Of a stretch of DNA of 38,562 bases, positions 36,025-38,562 are shown piece by piece. The notes below the pieces were generated by a model. The model ran no database searches and was not told the origin of the DNA. It worked only from the letters and a program-made list of their open reading frames with translations. The stretch's first letter is position 1, and every line of letters begins with the position of its first letter. Location of the stretch: the sequence record SRR20825006_483; one strand, 5' to 3'. The translations under genes and the position numbers were made by a program.

Positions 36025-38424
36025 ATGGCTGAGTCTGCCAAACCGACCAACCGACTTCCATCACGCAGTCCATCAAGCTCAACGTCTGACGGCGAAGAAA
36101 CGCTGGATGTTCTGCAGATATTGAGCCGCCAACGCTGGTTGATCGCGTTTCTGTCAATCGCGGGACTCGCGGCAGGCGTTGCGTATGCATTGAACGCTCA
36201 GGTTTGGTACGAGTCCAACGCCAAGGTTCTGATCAACCAGAAGAGTGCTGGTTTGGGTGGTGATACGACCGGCACTGACATGGTTGATGAGGACATTCTC
36301 GCAAACCACATGGAGTTGATTCAAAGCCGAATGATTGTTGGTGAGGCACTTGATCCCGAAGACGTCAAGGATGAGGAAACTGGCTTGCTAATCAAGCGGG
36401 AGAAGTTGATTGATTTGCCATCCGTCTTGCCTCATCTCGACGAAAAAACGGATGCGATCGACTACGTCATCGACCAGCTTTCGATCGTTAAAGGTGGCGA
36501 CGGCTCTGCCAAGACGGCTCGAAGTCTCAACATCACGTTTACGCATACGGAACCTGATGATGCAAAGCGGATCTTAACCGCCGTGATGAAACGCTATGAG
36601 CAATTCATTAAGGATCAAATCGAGCAGGTGATGGGGCAAGCCAACAATTTGGTGGAACAGGCGAAGACCGACGTCCAAGGAAAGTTGACAACTCTTGAAG
36701 CAGAACATCTGAAATTTCGCCGAGATGCACCCCTGTTTTTTCAAGGAGAAGGTAGCAGCAACATCTACCAGGATCGCTATCGTCGATTGCAGGACGAACT
36801 GCTGGATCTCGACATCCAAGAGTCAACGGTCAAAACACGTTTGACTCGAGTCGATGAAACGCTGCAGGAGATGGATGAGTCGACAGATCCGATCGATCAA
36901 CTGGACAAACTTGCTTTGATTGATAGCGAGAGTTTGGAACGTCTTGGTGTCTTCGCAGGACTACAGATGAACTCTGCCAACACTGCCGAATTCAAAGCAG
37001 CAATGCCAGCCAAGGCTGAAGAAGCTCGGACGCAGATCACTCACCTGTTGAGGCTTAACAGTGAGAAGCAACGGTTGACCTCGGTCTTTGGACCTGGACA
37101 TCCGAAGGTCCAGGAGCTTGAGAGCGAAATCACGCTGGTCAAAGAGTTTTTGCAAGACCAAAAGGATCTCACCAGCCCTGCGGAAATGTTCGGCGATAGT
37201 GCACTGACTCCTGAGGGATTGTTGAAGGCTTATGTGGGTTTTCTGAATCATGATTTGGCGGCACTTTCCGAGCGTCGTAAAGAACTGACGTATCTTGCGG
37301 CCGACGCTGAATCAAAAGCGAAAGAACTGATCGAGTACGAACTTAATGATATGATCTTGCAAAAGAAGATCGCGAGAGAGGAAGCACTCTTCGATGGGGT
37401 GGTTCAGCAACTTCGTGAACTGGATACCGCGAAAGGACTGACAGGATACCTCTATGAATTCTTGGCCGTTCCAAGAACCGGCGAAAAGTCATGGCCGAAA
37501 CTTCCGCTTTGTGGACTTGGCGGTTTGATGCTGGGTTTATTTTCGGGACTGTTTCTGGCTGTTGCCAATGACGTTCGTGATGGACGTTTCCGATCGGCTG
37601 CTGAACTGGACGAAGCAATCGGATTGCCAAGCCTGGGCCGTGTTGGCAAGCTGAACTCGATCAACCAGGGCATCAAGGGATTGATTGCAACGGAGCTTTC
37701 GCCTGACGCTGAAGCTTTCCGTTTGGGACGCACTGTCTTGCTACCTGATGTCCGAAACGGAAATGTTCGTGCGATCGGGTTCACCAGTCCTATGCAGGGC
37801 GATGGCAAATCGACCGTGGTATCCAACTTTGCCGTGTCGTTCTCTCAAGTCGGACTGAAGGTATTGGTGATTGATGCTGACCTTCGACGTCCGAGTGCTC
37901 ATCGCTACTTCAGTCTAGGGAAAGAGGATGGGCTTTGTGATGTTCTCGAGGGGCGTCTCGAAATTCCGGAAGCGATCAAAGCCACCGAGGCTGACAACGT
38001 TTTTGTGATGACCTCGGGATCGTCTAGCCAAACACCTGCCGAACTATTGCAATCGCAACGACTCGATGAAGTTTTGGCAGTTGTGAAAGAAGATTTCGAC
38101 TTGGTCTTGGTTGACTTGCCGCCTGTGTTGGCGGTTTCTGACCCCGTGGTGGTGATGCCGCGATTGGATGGTGGCATTCTGGTCGTCAAGGTTGCCAATG
38201 TCCGTCGAGATGAAGTGGTCAACACGCTTCGCCGGATTGATAGTTCCGGCGGTGAGATGCTGGGCTGCATGCTCAACGCATTCGGAGCCGGCAAGAAGTT
38301 TGACTCCGATGGTGGCTATTATGGGTACTACAAGAGCGACTACACACGACCGTCATCGTCAACGACTCGCCAAGCCGCTCCAAAAGCAGCGACGATCTCG
38401 AGCAATGGACGTGTCGCAGAGTAG
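36025..38424 (+). CDS. wzc: Polysaccharide co-polymerase / tyrosine autokinase (Wzc family)
   Basis: N-terminal Wzz-like TM + WYESNAKVLI, periplasmic coiled coil with FGPGHPKV, second TM, Walker A SPMQGDGKS, A' IDADLRRPS, B VDLPP, and Tyr cluster GGYYGYYKSDY. ATG 36025 preferred over TTG 36001. Confidence 0.93.
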   Translation: MAESAKPTNRLPSRSPSSSTSDGEETLDVLQILSRQRWLIAFLSIAGLAAGVAYALNAQVWYESNAKVLINQKSAGLGGDTTGTDMVDEDILANHMELIQSRMIVGEALDPEDVKDEETGLLIKREKLIDLPSVLPHLDEKTDAIDYVIDQLSIVKGGDGSAKTARSLNITFTHTEPDDAKRILTAVMKRYEQFIKDQIEQVMGQANNLVEQAKTDVQGKLTTLEAEHLKFRRDAPLFFQGEGSSNIYQDRYRRLQDELLDLDIQESTVKTRLTRVDETLQEMDESTDPIDQLDKLALIDSESLERLGVFAGLQMNSANTAEFKAAMPAKAEEARTQITHLLRLNSEKQRLTSVFGPGHPKVQELESEITLVKEFLQDQKDLTSPAEMFGDSALTPEGLLKAYVGFLNHDLAALSERRKELTYLAADAESKAKELIEYELNDMILQKKIAREEALFDGVVQQLRELDTAKGLTGYLYEFLAVPRTGEKSWPKLPLCGLGGLMLGLFSGLFLAVANDVRDGRFRSAAELDEAIGLPSLGRVGKLNSINQGIKGLIATELSPDAEAFRLGRTVLLPDVRNGNVRAIGFTSPMQGDGKSTVVSNFAVSFSQVGLKVLVIDADLRRPSAHRYFSLGKEDGLCDVLEGRLEIPEAIKATEADNVFVMTSGSSSQTPAELLQSQRLDEVLAVVKEDFDLVLVDLPPVLAVSDPVVVMPRLDGGILVVKVANVRRDEVVNTLRRIDSSGGEMLGCMLNAFGAGKKFDSDGGYYGYYKSDYTRPSSSTTRQAAPKAATISSNGRVAE

Positions 38425-38562
38425 AACCGTCGTTCCAGTTGCTTCGTGAGAGAGTCTGAGCTTGCAAGCAGTTCTCTGCGGATTTGATAAGCAGGTTGTT
38501 CAGCATTTGAAATGTCTCGGCAAGCTTGGTTACTCCCACGTACAACCGGGGCTAACGCCCAA

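Noticed and set aside
1-38562. tRNA, rRNA, IS elements, prophage, known defence systems
   Set aside because: No recognisable cloverleaf, rRNA, transposase, integrase, phage or defence-gene motifs seen by eye. tRNAscan/Rfam/DefenseFinder were not run.

Overview
Gene-dense chromosomal segment of a planctomycete, most likely Rhodopirellula/Pirellulaceae. This is inferred from the gene repertoire: several Hanks-type kinases, a DUF1571-like Tat protein, a SMUG1-type UDG, a membrane LRR protein and an FtsZ-like domain fused to a kinase. About 31 CDS are supported. They include an rpoD-type sigma factor translationally coupled to a TPR-glycosyltransferase and uppS, plus rsmE, lspA, an MMPL transporter, a HAD hydrolase, a thioredoxin, a phenylacetate-CoA-ligase-family enzyme and a Wzc-type tyrosine autokinase. 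I saw no rRNA, tRNA, CRISPR array, transposase or integrase. The most interesting signals are: (1) an AAA+ ATPase gene followed by a 1079-aa Ser/Thr kinase fused to a tubulin/FtsZ-like GTPase domain; (2) a three-gene unit encoding a signal-peptide-bearing PspA/ESCRT-III-like coiled-coil protein, a multi-TM Ser/Thr kinase and an exported membrane-anchored protein, with a 13-bp inverted repeat upstream and a strong hairpin inside; (3) three intact ORFs that appear to be catalytically dead (pseudokinase, ExeA-like ATPase, AroE-like); (4) several non-coding palindromes and structured leaders. All family calls come from motif recognition by eye; no searches were run.
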